Assembly: GCA_944386785.1 (NCBI GenBank) | Contig: CALXCM010000001.1 | Span: 15,952 to 79,951 of the forward strand | DNA length: 64,000 nt | Direction of reading: 5' to 3' | DNA from: an uncultured Clostridia bacterium | GTDB lineage: Bacteria > Bacillota > Clostridia > TANB77 > CAG-508 | Part shown: positions 29,201 through 40,460 of the stretch, in pieces | Layout: the number at the start of each line of letters is the position of its first letter | How positions within the stretch are numbered: position 1 is the first letter of the stretch | Made by a program: the position numbers and the translations under genes | The notes under the pieces: model-generated | Told to the model about the DNA's origin: nothing | What the model saw: the letters and a program-made list of their open reading frames with translations, nothing else | Databases searched by the model: none

Positions 29201-29941
29201 TTATATATTACTATTATATATTTTTTCTATTTCTTCAGAATATTTACCATTTTCATCATAAATATATAAATTTTTTTCTATTTTTAAAAATGGTTTTGCA
29301 TTTTTTATTCCTTTAATTAAAACAAGTTTTGGTTCTTTATTTTTATTTGAAAATACAAATCTTATTGTTTTTGGCTCTATTTTATATTTTCTCATATTAT
29401 ATATTATATCTACTAATCTTTCTGGTCTATGTACCATATAAAATTTACCTTTATCTTTTAGCAATCTTTTAGATACTTTTAAGAAATCTTCTAGGCTTGC
29501 AGTTATTTCATGTCTTGAAACAATTTTCTTTTTATTTTCATTTAAAATACCTGTATCTATTTTTTTATATGGTGGATTTGTTGTAATAACATCAAAAGTA
29601 TTTTCTTTATATATTTTTTCTAAATTTAAAATGTTTTCATTAATTATTTCAAATTTATTTTCTAAATTATTTAATTTAATGCTTTTTTTAGCCATGTTAT
29701 ATACTTCTTCTTGTATTTCTACACCTATTACCTTTTTTAAATCTGTTTTTCCACATAATAAAATAGGAATAATTCCAGTCCCTGTACCTAAGTCTAATAC
29801 TAAACTATCTTTTTTTATATTTTTTGCAAAATCAGATAAAAGTACACTATCTATTCCAAAACAAAAACCTTCTTTATTTTGAATTATTTTTAATTTTTTT
29901 ATTCCTAAATCATCTATTCTTTCATTTTCGTCCAATATCAT
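29201..29941 (-). CDS. tRNA (adenine-N6)-methyltransferase-like (YabB/TrmN6 family)
   Basis: SAM-binding motif VLDLGTGTG and N6-adenine motif TTNPPY. Confidence 0.75.
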   Translation of the reverse strand: MILDENERIDDLGIKKLKIIQNKEGFCFGIDSVLLSDFAKNIKKDSLVLDLGTGTGIIPILLCGKTDLKKVIGVEIQEEVYNMAKKSIKLNNLENKFEIINENILNLEKIYKENTFDVITTNPPYKKIDTGILNENKKKIVSRHEITASLEDFLKVSKRLLKDKGKFYMVHRPERLVDIIYNMRKYKIEPKTIRFVFSNKNKEPKLVLIKGIKNAKPFLKIEKNLYIYDENGKYSEEIEKIYNSNI

Positions 29942-30408
29942 TTTTTATAGCTCCTTTTAGTTCATTTTAGTTCAAAATTAATATATTTTCTTTTATTTTC
30001 TATTTTTTACGATTTTTTAGAATTTTTTTCTATTTTTTTTGATTTTTTATTTATTTAATTATTTTATTTTTATTTAATTTATTTTTTTAATAATTATTTT
30101 TTTATTTAATTTTAAATTAATTTTTTATTATTTTATTTTTAACAAAAATTAAATTCTTAGAATATTATATAACAAATTTCTAAATTTAGCAAAAAGGTGA
30201 TATTTATGGGTAATATAAAAAATAATAGAGGTGAAAAATTTCCACCTCGTAATAAAAAACATGTTGATTTTAAATGTTGCAAAGATAATACTTTAAATTC
30301 TCTTTGTGAAGTCGAACATTTTTTGTGTAATTTTAAGCATTTTATGAAATATATAAAATTATATAAATTAATGAAATAATAAATATTTATATTTATTTTT
30401 AAATAATA

Positions 30409-30951
30409 TTATATATTTTGTCTTGTATATATACCTTCAAAATCTTCTACCTCTTCTCCTTCTATTTTTATTTTTACTCCATTTATCTCTGTAAGTTCTG
30501 TTAATGTGTTTACTATTGTATTTATTAAATTTTCTTTTTCCTTTTCATCTTCTTTGTTATAATTTAAAAATTCTTTTGAAAAATCAAGTGTTATTACATC
30601 TTTCTCTAAAAATGTTTTTAAAAGAGTTGTTCCTTCTGGTATAACTTTTTTTGCTTTTTCATTTTTTGGTCCTTCTATTAATAAATTAATTAATTTTTCA
30701 TAAGGTGTAGCTATTATTTCTTTAATATCTATTAATCTAGCTTCTGGCATTATTTCATTTGTTTCATTTGATACAAAATACAAAGTTACAATTGTTTGTC
30801 TTAATTGTTCTTCTGATATTTCTTCTTCTGGTGTTATTTCTTCTACTTCATTATTTTCTTTATTTTTGACAAACCAAATAGCAAAAATTCCTCCAATTAC
30901 AACTAAAATAAGTAAAATAGTAAAAATTAAAATTATTTTTTTATTTTTCAT
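30409..30951 (-). CDS. GerMN-domain sporulation/germination protein with an N-terminal anchor
   Basis: N-terminal TM segment, then TLYFVSNETNEIMPEAR...LIEGPKNEKAKKVIPEGT...ITLDFSKEF, a GerMN-like pattern. Confidence 0.55.
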   Translation of the reverse strand: MKNKKIILIFTILLILVVIGGIFAIWFVKNKENNEVEEITPEEEISEEQLRQTIVTLYFVSNETNEIMPEARLIDIKEIIATPYEKLINLLIEGPKNEKAKKVIPEGTTLLKTFLEKDVITLDFSKEFLNYNKEDEKEKENLINTIVNTLTELTEINGVKIKIEGEEVEDFEGIYTRQNI

Positions 30952-31116
30952 TTTTTTCCTCCTTAAAACTAATTATTTATTATCATTTTTATTCCTTGTT
31001 TGTCCTTTTTAGAACTCAAAGTTTAACATATTTTACCATTTGACAAAACCCTAATTTCCGTATAAAATTAGAGTGATTTTTTATGTGAAATTATATACAA
31101 AAAAGGAGATTTTGTC

Positions 31117-34100
31117 ATGAATGAAATATTACATGTCGGTCTTGATGTTGGTTCAACAACTGTTAAAATTATAGTTATGAATGACAACAAAAGGACTATT
31201 TATGAAGATTATAGAAGACATTATTCAGATACAAAAAATACAGTTTGTAATGTATTAGAAGAATTACTAAAAAAATACCCAAGCTCTTCTTTTACATTAG
31301 CACTTACTGGTTCTGGAGCAATGTCAGCTGCTAAATTTTTAGGAGTAAACTTTATACAAGAAGTTGTATCTTGTAAAAGAGCAGTAGAAAAATATATACC
31401 AAAAACTGATGTTGTAATAGAACTTGGTGGAGAAGATGCAAAAATTATATATTTTGACCAATCTATAGAACAGCGTATGAATGGTACATGTGCTGGTGGA
31501 ACTGGTGCATTTTTAGACCAAATGGCATCACTTTTACACACAGATACAGCAGGATTAAATGAACTTGCAAAAGGATATAAAACAATATACCCTATTGCAT
31601 CTCGTTGCGGAGTTTTTGCAAAAACTGATGTGCAACCTTTAATAAATGAAGGTGCAGCAAAAGAAGATATTGCAGCATCTATATTCCAAGCTGTTGTAAA
31701 TCAAACAATAAGTGGCCTTGCTTGTGGTAGACCAATTAGAGGAAATGTTGCATTCCTTGGTGGCCCTTTAAATTATTTATCAGAGTTAAGACAAAGATTT
31801 ATAGAAACTTTAAATCTAACAGATGATGAGATAATTGTACCAGAAGATGCTCATTTACTTGTTGCAAAAGGAGCTGCATTAGATTCATTAAATTCTGATG
31901 TAATTACTCCTGATGAATTAGAAAGAAAAATAGAAAACTTAAAAAAATCTCATGATAATACATCAAATCCAATAGACCCTTTATTTAAAAATAAAGAAGA
32001 ATATGAAGATTTTAAAAAGCGTCATGAAAAAGATAAAGTAGAAAAAGCAAGTTTAAAAGATTATGAAGGAGATTGTTTCTTAGGAATTGATGCAGGTTCT
32101 ACTACAACTAAAATTGTTTTAATAGATAACAATGGAAAACTTCTATATTCAGACTATGGAAGTAATGAAGGAAATCCACTTCAAAGTGTTATGAAAATGC
32201 TTAAAAAACTATATAAAGAACTTCCTAAAAAAGCAATACTTCGATATAGCGGAGTTACTGGTTATGGAGAAAAACTAATTCAAACAGCTTTAAATGTGGA
32301 TTTAAATGAAATCGAAACAATAGCTCACTATACAGCTGCTAAAACATTTGAGCCTGATGTTACAAGTATTGTTGACATTGGTGGTCAAGATATGAAATAC
32401 ATAAAAATGAAAAATGGTTCAATTGATAATATTTTACTTAATGAAGCTTGTTCTTCTGGTTGTGGTTCTTTTATTGAAACATTTGCAAAAAGCTTAAATA
32501 TTGAAATATCTGAATTTGTAAAAGAAGCAATTAATGCAAAAAGACCAGTAGATTTAGGTTCAAGATGTACTGTATTTATGAACTCTAAAATAAAACAAGC
32601 TCAAAAAGAAGGATTTTCAGTAGGTGACATTTCTGCAGGACTTTCTTATTCAGTAATTAAAAATGCTATTCAAAAAGTTATGAAAGTAAGAGATGTAGAA
32701 ACACTTGGAAACCATATAGTTGTACAAGGTGGTACATTCTATAATGATGCAGTTTTAAGAGCTTTTGAATTAATTGTAGGAAAAAATGTAGTAAGACCAG
32801 ATATTGCAGGACTTATGGGTGCATATGGAATGGCCCTTCTTTCTAAAGAACAATATGAAGCAAATTTAGACATGGAATATACTTCTACAATTTTAGATAC
32901 AGAAGGAATTGATAATCTAAAAATTAAAGTTTCATTTGCTCGTTGTAATAACTGTGAAAACCATTGTAAATTAACAATAAACAAATTTAGTAATGGACAA
33001 ATACATGTATCAGGAAACCGTTGTGAAAAAGGTGCAGGTGTTGTTACAAAATCAAAACCATTACCAAATTTAGTACAATATAAATATAAGAGAATATTTG
33101 ATTATAAGCCATTAGATGAACAATATGCAACAAGAGGAACAATTGGAATTCCTAGAGTTTTAAATATGTATGAAGATTATCCATTCTGGTTTACATTTTT
33201 AACTTCCTTAGGTTTTAGAGTAATTCTATCAGAAAAAAGTACTCGTAAAACTTATGAAAAAGGAATGGAATCAATGCCATCAGAATCTGTTTGCTATCCT
33301 GCAAAACTTTCTCATGGACATATAGAAAGCTTACTAGAACAAGGAATCAAAACAATATTTTATCCTTGTATTCCATATTCTAGAAAAGAATATGAAAAAG
33401 CAGATAACCACTATAACTGCCCAATCGTAATTTCATATTCTGAAGTACTTAAAAATAATGTAGAAAATTTAAAAGACCCTAGTGTGAAATTTATTAATCC
33501 ATTCTTACCTTTAGATAAGAAAAATTTAGTAAAAAAGATGCTAGAATTAGATGAATTTAAAAATTATCACTTTACAAAAGCAGAACTTATAGAAGCTGCA
33601 GAAAAAGCCGAAGAAGAATATCAAAAATGTAAAAAAGATATTAGAGAAGAAGGCGCAAGAACTGTTAAATACATAGAAGATAACAATTTAAAAGGAATTG
33701 TTTTAGCAGGAAGACCTTATCATGTGGACCCTGAAATTAACCACGGTATAGATACTTTAATTACTTCTTTAGGATTACCTGTTTTAACAGAAGATAGTAT
33801 CTCTGATAAAACTGAAGTAAAAAGACCAATTAGAGTTGTTGACCAATGGGTATATCACGCAAGACTTTATGCTGCAGCAGATTTTGTTGGAAAACATGAT
33901 AACTTAGAATTAGTTCAATTAAATTCATTTGGTTGCGGAGTTGACGCTGTAACTACTGACCAAGTAGAAGAAATATTATCTAGTTATGATAAAATGTACA
34001 CTTTAATAAAAATAGATGAGGTAAATAACTTAGGAGCTGTAAGAATTCGTATTCGTTCACTACTTGCAAGTATGAAAAAGCGTGAACAAGAGAAGAAACA

Positions 34101-35460
34101 AGAAAAAGCAGATGGAAATTACGAAATACATAAAAAAATATTTACAAAAGACATGAGAAAAGATTATACAATATTAATGCCACAAATGGCTCCAATCCAT
34201 TTTGACTTATTAGAATCAGCTGTTAATTCTTGTGGATATCATGTAAAACTTTTAAGAGATTGTACACAAAAAACAGTTGAAACTGGTTTAAAATATGTAA
34301 ATAATGACGCATGTTATCCATCAATATTAACAACAGGTCAAATGATTGAAGCACTAGAATCTGGAGAATATGACTTAAATAAAACAGCTTTGATTATGTC
34401 ACAAACAGGTGGTGGATGTAGAGCAACAAACTATATAGGATTTATCCGTAAAGCTCTAAAAGATGCAGGATTTGGAAATATTCCAGTAATATCATTTAAT
34501 ATTGTTGGTATGGAAAAAATGCCAGGATTTAAAATCACTGTACCTTTAATAGAAAAACTTTTAAGAACAGTTGTATATGGTGATTTATTACAAAAAATGC
34601 TAACAAAAAATAGAGCTTATGAGAAAAATAAAGGTGAAACTGAAGCACTATTTAATAAATGGATGGATAAATGTAAAAAATTATTAGAGAAATCTTCTAA
34701 TAAAGAATTTAAACAAAGTATTTATGATATTGTAAATGACTTTGAAAAAATAGAGTTAGATACCTCTAAACCAAAACCTCGTGTTGGAATTGTTGGAGAA
34801 GTTTTAATTAAATATCATCCATTTGGAAACAATTATGTTGCAAACTTACTTGAAAAAGAAGGAGCTGAAGTTATACTTCCAGACTTTATGGGATTTGTTA
34901 AATTTATGGCAACACATAAAATAACATTTAATAAGCTTTTAAATACAAATAAAACTTCTTCTAAGATTATGAAAGTTGCAATTAAATTAATTGATATATT
35001 AGAAAAAGATGTAAAAACAGCACTTGCAAACTCTAAGAAAAATTACTTACCACCATGTGATATTTGGCATTTAGAAGATAAAGTAAAAGATGTCTTATCT
35101 ATTGGTAACCAAACAGGTGAAGGTTGGTTCTTAACAGCTGAAATGATAGAATATATTGAACATGGAATACCAAATATAGTTTGTGTTCAACCATTTGCTT
35201 GTTTACCAAACCATGTTGTTGGTAAAGGTGTTATTAAAACTATTAGAAGTATGTATCCAGATGCAAATATCTCTCCTGTTGATTATGACCCAGGTGCAAG
35301 TGAAACAAACCAAGCAAATAGAATTAAACTTCTAATGACAGTTGCAAAAGACAATTTAAAAACTAAGGAAAATAGTAAAAAGGTAATCGACAAAGAAAAC
35401 GAAGAAAAACTAAAAAACACAGATACAGTAGAACAAAATAAAGAAAGTAAAACTGTATAA
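31117..35460 (+). CDS. Acyl-CoA dehydratase activase-related giant fusion protein (two BcrAD/BadFG ATPase modules plus a DUF2229-type region)
   Basis: Duplicated GLDVGSTTVK / GIDAGSTTTK acetate-and-sugar-kinase-fold starts. 1447 aa. Confidence 0.8.
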   Translation: MNEILHVGLDVGSTTVKIIVMNDNKRTIYEDYRRHYSDTKNTVCNVLEELLKKYPSSSFTLALTGSGAMSAAKFLGVNFIQEVVSCKRAVEKYIPKTDVVIELGGEDAKIIYFDQSIEQRMNGTCAGGTGAFLDQMASLLHTDTAGLNELAKGYKTIYPIASRCGVFAKTDVQPLINEGAAKEDIAASIFQAVVNQTISGLACGRPIRGNVAFLGGPLNYLSELRQRFIETLNLTDDEIIVPEDAHLLVAKGAALDSLNSDVITPDELERKIENLKKSHDNTSNPIDPLFKNKEEYEDFKKRHEKDKVEKASLKDYEGDCFLGIDAGSTTTKIVLIDNNGKLLYSDYGSNEGNPLQSVMKMLKKLYKELPKKAILRYSGVTGYGEKLIQTALNVDLNEIETIAHYTAAKTFEPDVTSIVDIGGQDMKYIKMKNGSIDNILLNEACSSGCGSFIETFAKSLNIEISEFVKEAINAKRPVDLGSRCTVFMNSKIKQAQKEGFSVGDISAGLSYSVIKNAIQKVMKVRDVETLGNHIVVQGGTFYNDAVLRAFELIVGKNVVRPDIAGLMGAYGMALLSKEQYEANLDMEYTSTILDTEGIDNLKIKVSFARCNNCENHCKLTINKFSNGQIHVSGNRCEKGAGVVTKSKPLPNLVQYKYKRIFDYKPLDEQYATRGTIGIPRVLNMYEDYPFWFTFLTSLGFRVILSEKSTRKTYEKGMESMPSESVCYPAKLSHGHIESLLEQGIKTIFYPCIPYSRKEYEKADNHYNCPIVISYSEVLKNNVENLKDPSVKFINPFLPLDKKNLVKKMLELDEFKNYHFTKAELIEAAEKAEEEYQKCKKDIREEGARTVKYIEDNNLKGIVLAGRPYHVDPEINHGIDTLITSLGLPVLTEDSISDKTEVKRPIRVVDQWVYHARLYAAADFVGKHDNLELVQLNSFGCGVDAVTTDQVEEILSSYDKMYTLIKIDEVNNLGAVRIRIRSLLASMKKREQEKKQEKADGNYEIHKKIFTKDMRKDYTILMPQMAPIHFDLLESAVNSCGYHVKLLRDCTQKTVETGLKYVNNDACYPSILTTGQMIEALESGEYDLNKTALIMSQTGGGCRATNYIGFIRKALKDAGFGNIPVISFNIVGMEKMPGFKITVPLIEKLLRTVVYGDLLQKMLTKNRAYEKNKGETEALFNKWMDKCKKLLEKSSNKEFKQSIYDIVNDFEKIELDTSKPKPRVGIVGEVLIKYHPFGNNYVANLLEKEGAEVILPDFMGFVKFMATHKITFNKLLNTNKTSSKIMKVAIKLIDILEKDVKTALANSKKNYLPPCDIWHLEDKVKDVLSIGNQTGEGWFLTAEMIEYIEHGIPNIVCVQPFACLPNHVVGKGVIKTIRSMYPDANISPVDYDPGASETNQANRIKLLMTVAKDNLKTKENSKKVIDKENEEKLKNTDTVEQNKESKTV

Positions 35461-35480
35461 TGCAAAAAAGACTTCAAAAT

Positions 35481-35515
35481 GGCGACATCCAATAAGGACA
35501 ATTATTGGAGTCGCC
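35481..35515 (+). terminator. Hairpin after the activase-related gene
   Basis: Stem GGCGACATCCAATAA / TTATTGGAGTCGCC with one bulged base. The T-run is weak. Confidence 0.4.
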
Positions 35516-35746
35516 ACTTTGCTGTACTTATGAACTTTTATAAATTCTTTTTTTTCACATTTTATATCCTGTATATTTACTTTGTTTCAAGTTGTTGAAA
35601 CACCTATATATCTTCAAATTTTTTACATAATTTAAAGTTCTTTGTAAGTTTTCTTATACTAATTACTGTAAAAAGTTGTAAATTTTTGGGTTTTATGATA
35701 ATATATCTTTAATATTAAAAATTTTTGTAAGGAGGTATTTCAATAT

Positions 35747-36619
35747 ATGGATAATAATAAATTAGACATACTTACAAATTTATTTGAAGGTAAAGAAATA
35801 AGAAGTATTTGGAATGATGAAAAAGAAGAATATTTTTTTAGTGTGATTGATGTTGTAAATGTATTAACAGATAGTAATGACCCAGCACATTATTGGAGAA
35901 CTCTCAAATCAAGAATGATTCAAGAAGGAAATCAAACCGTCACAAATTGTGACACTTTTAAATTAAGAGCAAAAGATGGAAAAATGAGAAATACCGATAT
36001 GTTAGATACACAAAATATTTTAAGACTTATTGAGTCAATACCATCACCAAAAGCCGAACCTTTTAAAATGTGGTTAGCAAGTTTAGGTAATGAGCGAATA
36101 AATGAAGTATTTGATCCAGAGCTAGCAATTAATCGTGCTGTAAACTATTATCGTAATAAAGGTTATAATGATGAATGGATTAAGAAAAGATTAACAGGAA
36201 TTGTTGATAGATTTAAACTAACAGATATATGGAGAAATGGTGGTGTTGAAAAACCAATTGAATATGCTATGCTTACTAATGAAATATATAAAGGTTGGTC
36301 TGGAATGAAAGCATCAGAATATAAAAAATTAAAAGGTTTAAGGAAAGAGAGTTTAAGAGATAATATGACTGATATTGAAATCCTTCTTACGGATTTAGGA
36401 GAAATTGCTACGCGTGATATAGCACAAACAGAACAGCCACAAGGATTTAATGAAAATATGAATGTTGCAAAACGAGGAGGACAAGTTGCAAATGATGCCA
36501 GAAAATCATATGAAAGGGAAACAAAGAAATCTGCAATTTCAAAAAATAATGCATTGAATTATAAATATATAGAAGATAAAAAATTAATTGAAGATAAAAG
36601 GTCTAAAAAGAAAAAATGA
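35747..36619 (+). CDS. Bro-N domain / DinD-like (DNA-damage-inducible protein D-like) protein
   Basis: N-terminus IRSIWNDEKEEYFFSVIDVVNVLT is Bro-N-like. The C-terminal part (KLKGLRKESLRDNMTDIEILLTDLGE) resembles the DinD C-terminus. Confidence 0.6.
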   Translation: MDNNKLDILTNLFEGKEIRSIWNDEKEEYFFSVIDVVNVLTDSNDPAHYWRTLKSRMIQEGNQTVTNCDTFKLRAKDGKMRNTDMLDTQNILRLIESIPSPKAEPFKMWLASLGNERINEVFDPELAINRAVNYYRNKGYNDEWIKKRLTGIVDRFKLTDIWRNGGVEKPIEYAMLTNEIYKGWSGMKASEYKKLKGLRKESLRDNMTDIEILLTDLGEIATRDIAQTEQPQGFNENMNVAKRGGQVANDARKSYERETKKSAISKNNALNYKYIEDKKLIEDKRSKKKK

Positions 36620-36778
36620 ATCTCAAAATACAGCTAAGATATGATTAAATTATATAACCAAAAAGACAGTTATCATATATTACTGGTAAAAATATGAAAT
36701 GCTTATTATAAAATTTGATTTAATTTTTGATTGTACTTTTAAAATTTTTATGCTATATTTATTTTAAGGAGACGAAAT

Positions 36779-37354
36779 ATGAGCAAAAATTATTATGAAA
36801 TTTTAGAAGTTGATAAAAATGCTTCACAAGAAGTAATTGAAAAAGCATATAAAGCATTAGTAAAAAAATATCATCCTGATTTACAAAAAGATGAAAATAA
36901 AGCTTTAGCAGAAGAAAAAATAAAATTAATAAATGAAGCTTTTGATACATTATCTAATAAAGACCTACGCTTAAAATATGATGAGAATTTAAAAGCTTCT
37001 ACTATTTCAGAAGATGAATTAAATAAATTATATGAAGAAAATAAGATTTTACAAAATCAATTAAATGAATTAAAAAATAAAAATATATCAAATAATCAAG
37101 CTTATACTTCACCTATTGAAAGAGCAAGACAAAGACCTCATGTAGTTTATCATACAAAAACAAAAAAAGAAATTTTTAAAGAAAAACTTGATGGATATTT
37201 TAAAAATTTTTTAGCTTTAATAATTACTATTGCTATCTTATTTTTAATTTTTCAAATACCTTTTGTAAAAAATTTCTTTATTAATTTATATTACGAAAAT
37301 CCTTTTATAAAAGCTATTGTAGATTTATTTTTAAATTTTTTTAATAAAACATAA
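36779..37354 (+). CDS. J-domain protein with a C-terminal membrane anchor
   Basis: YYEILEVDKNASQEVIEKAYKALVKKYHPD contains HPD. A hydrophobic C-terminal segment (LALIITIAILFLIF) follows. Confidence 0.75.
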   Translation: MSKNYYEILEVDKNASQEVIEKAYKALVKKYHPDLQKDENKALAEEKIKLINEAFDTLSNKDLRLKYDENLKASTISEDELNKLYEENKILQNQLNELKNKNISNNQAYTSPIERARQRPHVVYHTKTKKEIFKEKLDGYFKNFLALIITIAILFLIFQIPFVKNFFINLYYENPFIKAIVDLFLNFFNKT

Positions 37355-37388
37355 AAGACATATTAATATTAAAATTAATATGTCTTTT
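37353..37388. terminator. Bidirectional terminator between convergent genes
   Basis: 15-bp stem AAAAGACATATTAAT / ATTAATATGTCTTTT. Confidence 0.6.
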
Positions 37389-37392
37389 TTTA

Positions 37393-39052
37393 TTAATATA
37401 TTTTATCAAATAATTTATTTATTTTTCTTTTTACAATTCTATCATAAATTATAAATACTAAAGCAAAAATTCCAATTTCTAATAATAAAGCAATTTTTAT
37501 ATCTAAACCTTCTAATATTTTTCCAACATATAATAATATTAAAACCATAATTATCATAAATCCATATTGGAATGATTTATTATTACTTCCCTTTATTACT
37601 TCATATTCTGAATTCCAATTTAAATTTGGTCTTTTTAAGTCAACAATAAGCATTGTATAACTATTAATTAAACTTGTAAAAATTGATATTATAAATATTG
37701 AAACTGTATTTAACAATCCTATATCTGGTATTAAGTATAATAGTAGTCCAAGAACTACAATAGATATAATTAAATTTAAAATTATTTGTAATATATTTTT
37801 ATATCTAAATTGTTTATATAGGTCTACTGGTATATATTTCATAAATAAAGCATCTTTTCCCTCTCTTGAAATTGCAGTTAAAGATAAATTAGATATTGAA
37901 AATAACACTTGCAAACCAATTAAAATATAGCATGCCATTTCTATATTAAAAGTTAATTTAGATAAACTTTCTTTTATGTTTTCATCACTTTGAATCGCAT
38001 TATCTATTAAAGGTATTAATAAACTTACAATTAATATTGCAGAAATTAAAATAAATATAACTGGAAAAACTGTCTGCATAAAAAATGTTGGTCTTCTAAA
38101 TAACATTTTAATTTCTTTTTTAATATATGATTTTCCTTTATTTGATTTTTTTACTTTTAATTTTTTAATTTCTTTTGCTTTTTTCCCTATTTTAGATATG
38201 CTAGATAAAATTATATCTAAATATATCTTGCTTCCAATAATCGCAAAAATTAGCATTGCAAAAATATTATATAGTAATAACTTTAATACCTCTATAAAAC
38301 TTCCTAAAAATCCATTCTCGTTCGTAAGAACACTAATTGAAGGATTTACAACAATATAGTTTTTTCCTAAAGATTTATAAATTTCTTCTGCCTTTTCTTC
38401 TTTTATTTGAACATTTTCTATATTATTTACTTCTTCTATATCATATGAAAAATTATTCATAGAAGTATTTTCTAATGCAAATATTCCAAGTAATAAAAGA
38501 ATTGTTACTAAAAACTGTACTATATTTTTATTTTTTATAAAATTAAATATTTTCATAAGTAGCATTGTAAAAATGCTTGATATAGTTACTATTAATACTG
38601 GAAAAATTATTAAAACAATAAGCATTCTTAAAAAATACATAATACTATTTGCTGCCATTAGTCCATATATAAAAAGAGGAATAAAACCTAGTACAAATTC
38701 TCCAATATACACAATTAAAAGTAATGTGTTAAATTTTGAGAGCAAAATATCTTTTGTGCTTATTGGAAGTGGCAATATATATTCTAAGTCTTTAGAATAA
38801 AAATACACATTTATTGCTGTTGTTGATGCTTGAAATAATAAAAATATTGCCAAGATTACCATATATAAGTTTAAAAATATTTGTTCTGCTCCGAGCTTGC
38901 TTTAAAAAATCTATTACTTTATAGCTAAGAAAACCAAGTGAAATCATGATTATAATTACAAGCCATAACAATATAGATTTTTTATTAAATCCTCTTAAAT
39001 TTTTTATATAATCTTTTGTAAAAATTTTAGTTAAACTAATTATTTTATTCAT
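37393..39052 (-). CDS. Polytopic membrane protein (ABC-2 / putative-exporter-permease-like), reading frame interrupted at 38893
   Basis: Two adjacent ORFs join without stops (..FLKQA-GAEQIFLNLYMVILAIF..) when the C of CGG (38891-38893) is skipped. More than 10 predicted TM helices. No ATPase partner is adjacent. Confidence 0.5.
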
Positions 39053-39119
39053 ATATTTTCTCCATATATTTATATAATAGATAAAGAGAGAATATCACAT
39101 TCTCTCTTTTTTTTCAATA

Positions 39120-40451
39120 CTAATTATCTATACTAAATGACATCACAAAATCTGTTCCTTCTTCTAATTTCATAATTACTGTTAAATTCTTTTGCTCACC
39201 TAAATTTTCTTTATTTTGAATACTTATATTATATACAAATAAGTTTCCTTCTTGTTCTACATTTTTATGGTTTACTTTATTATTTTCATAAAAATTAGAT
39301 TTTACAAAGTTTTCAAAATCACTTTGATTTGGATAATTATTTTGTTTAAATACATCATCTAAAACATTATATGCATATTTATAATCTTTATCATTTATTG
39401 CATTAAAGAATTTTTCTATGTTATATCCTACTTTATATCCATCATCTGAGCTATTATATTTTTCTAAAAATTCTGGTAAATCAACTGTATATGTGTCTAA
39501 ATATATTTCATCTTGATTATTAGAATTTCCTTTAAAAATATAGTATCTATCATCTTCATCTAAAAGTATATATTCTTCATAACCTTTGTCATTTGTTACT
39601 TGATATTTTGAAAGATTTATTGTTCTTAGTCTATCATAATTTGTGTCTATATATTGTGAAAATCCATTATAATCGTCAAATTTTTTTTCCCTATATTCTT
39701 TATTTAATGAGTTAAATAAATCCTCACTTTTTCTTAATATCAATAATTTTAAATTATTAAATTTTTCTTTTGAAATATCTTCATCTGACATTTCTTGATT
39801 GTTAAATGTATTACTGTTATTTTTCTTTATTTCAGTTAATACACTTTGAAGTTCATAGTTTTCAATATTATCTATTTCTTCATTTACAGGCTCTATTGAA
39901 AATGTATTATTAATATTATCTATATTTACTATTAAGTATGTTTTTTCTAGTTTATTTGAATTCATATAAACAATATCTCCATAAACTAAAAACTTATCTA
40001 CTCCTAAGCCTTGTTCTACTTTCATATTTAAAGGAACAAATGTAACTGTTTCTTCTAAATCTTTTACATTATCATAAACATTTTCTACTGTTACATTATT
40101 TTTTTCTATATATTCAGTACTTAACATATCAAATATATATTGTTTTATACTTTCATCATCACTATAGTTTGTTCCATCTGATAATATATATTTTGATTTA
40201 TCTAATGCTCCTAAATATGTTCTTACAACTTTTCCTATGTTATAGTATTTTGAAGTAGAAATTTTTTGTTCTTCTTCTTTTTTGGTAGTACTTACATCTT
40301 CAGTTTGAGTATTATTTGAACTTGCTCCTAAATGAATATTTTTAGTGTCTTTATTTGAATTTAAAAATATTAATCCAATAGTAATTGCAATAATTATTGC
40401 AATTACTATTATCATTATTATTACTAGTTTTTTAGTTCCTGGATTTTTCAT
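39120..40451 (-). CDS. Membrane-anchored protein of the T4SS island, possibly with two NTF2/VirB8-like modules
   Basis: N-terminal TM segment. It also has two segments of the type F..AIN.KDYKYAYN.L. The fold assignment is inference only. Confidence 0.5.
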   Translation of the reverse strand: MKNPGTKKLVIIMIIVIAIIIAITIGLIFLNSNKDTKNIHLGASSNNTQTEDVSTTKKEEEQKISTSKYYNIGKVVRTYLGALDKSKYILSDGTNYSDDESIKQYIFDMLSTEYIEKNNVTVENVYDNVKDLEETVTFVPLNMKVEQGLGVDKFLVYGDIVYMNSNKLEKTYLIVNIDNINNTFSIEPVNEEIDNIENYELQSVLTEIKKNNSNTFNNQEMSDEDISKEKFNNLKLLILRKSEDLFNSLNKEYREKKFDDYNGFSQYIDTNYDRLRTINLSKYQVTNDKGYEEYILLDEDDRYYIFKGNSNNQDEIYLDTYTVDLPEFLEKYNSSDDGYKVGYNIEKFFNAINDKDYKYAYNVLDDVFKQNNYPNQSDFENFVKSNFYENNKVNHKNVEQEGNLFVYNISIQNKENLGEQKNLTVIMKLEEGTDFVMSFSIDN

Positions 40452-40460
40452 TATTTCCTC

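Noticed and set aside
29942-30196. Extremely AT-rich low-complexity tract with short tandem repeats (TTTTAGTTCA x2, recurring TATTTAATT), considered as a possible CRISPR or satellite array
   Set aside because: There is no regular repeat-spacer periodicity, and the repeats are short and degenerate. It is consistent with curved promoter-upstream DNA in an AT-rich genome.
30197-30379. 57-60-aa Cys-containing ORF with an AAAGGTGAT RBS-like sequence
   Set aside because: I recognised no family, and it lies in a low-complexity AT-rich spacer. I kept it as a possibility only and did not list it as a feature.
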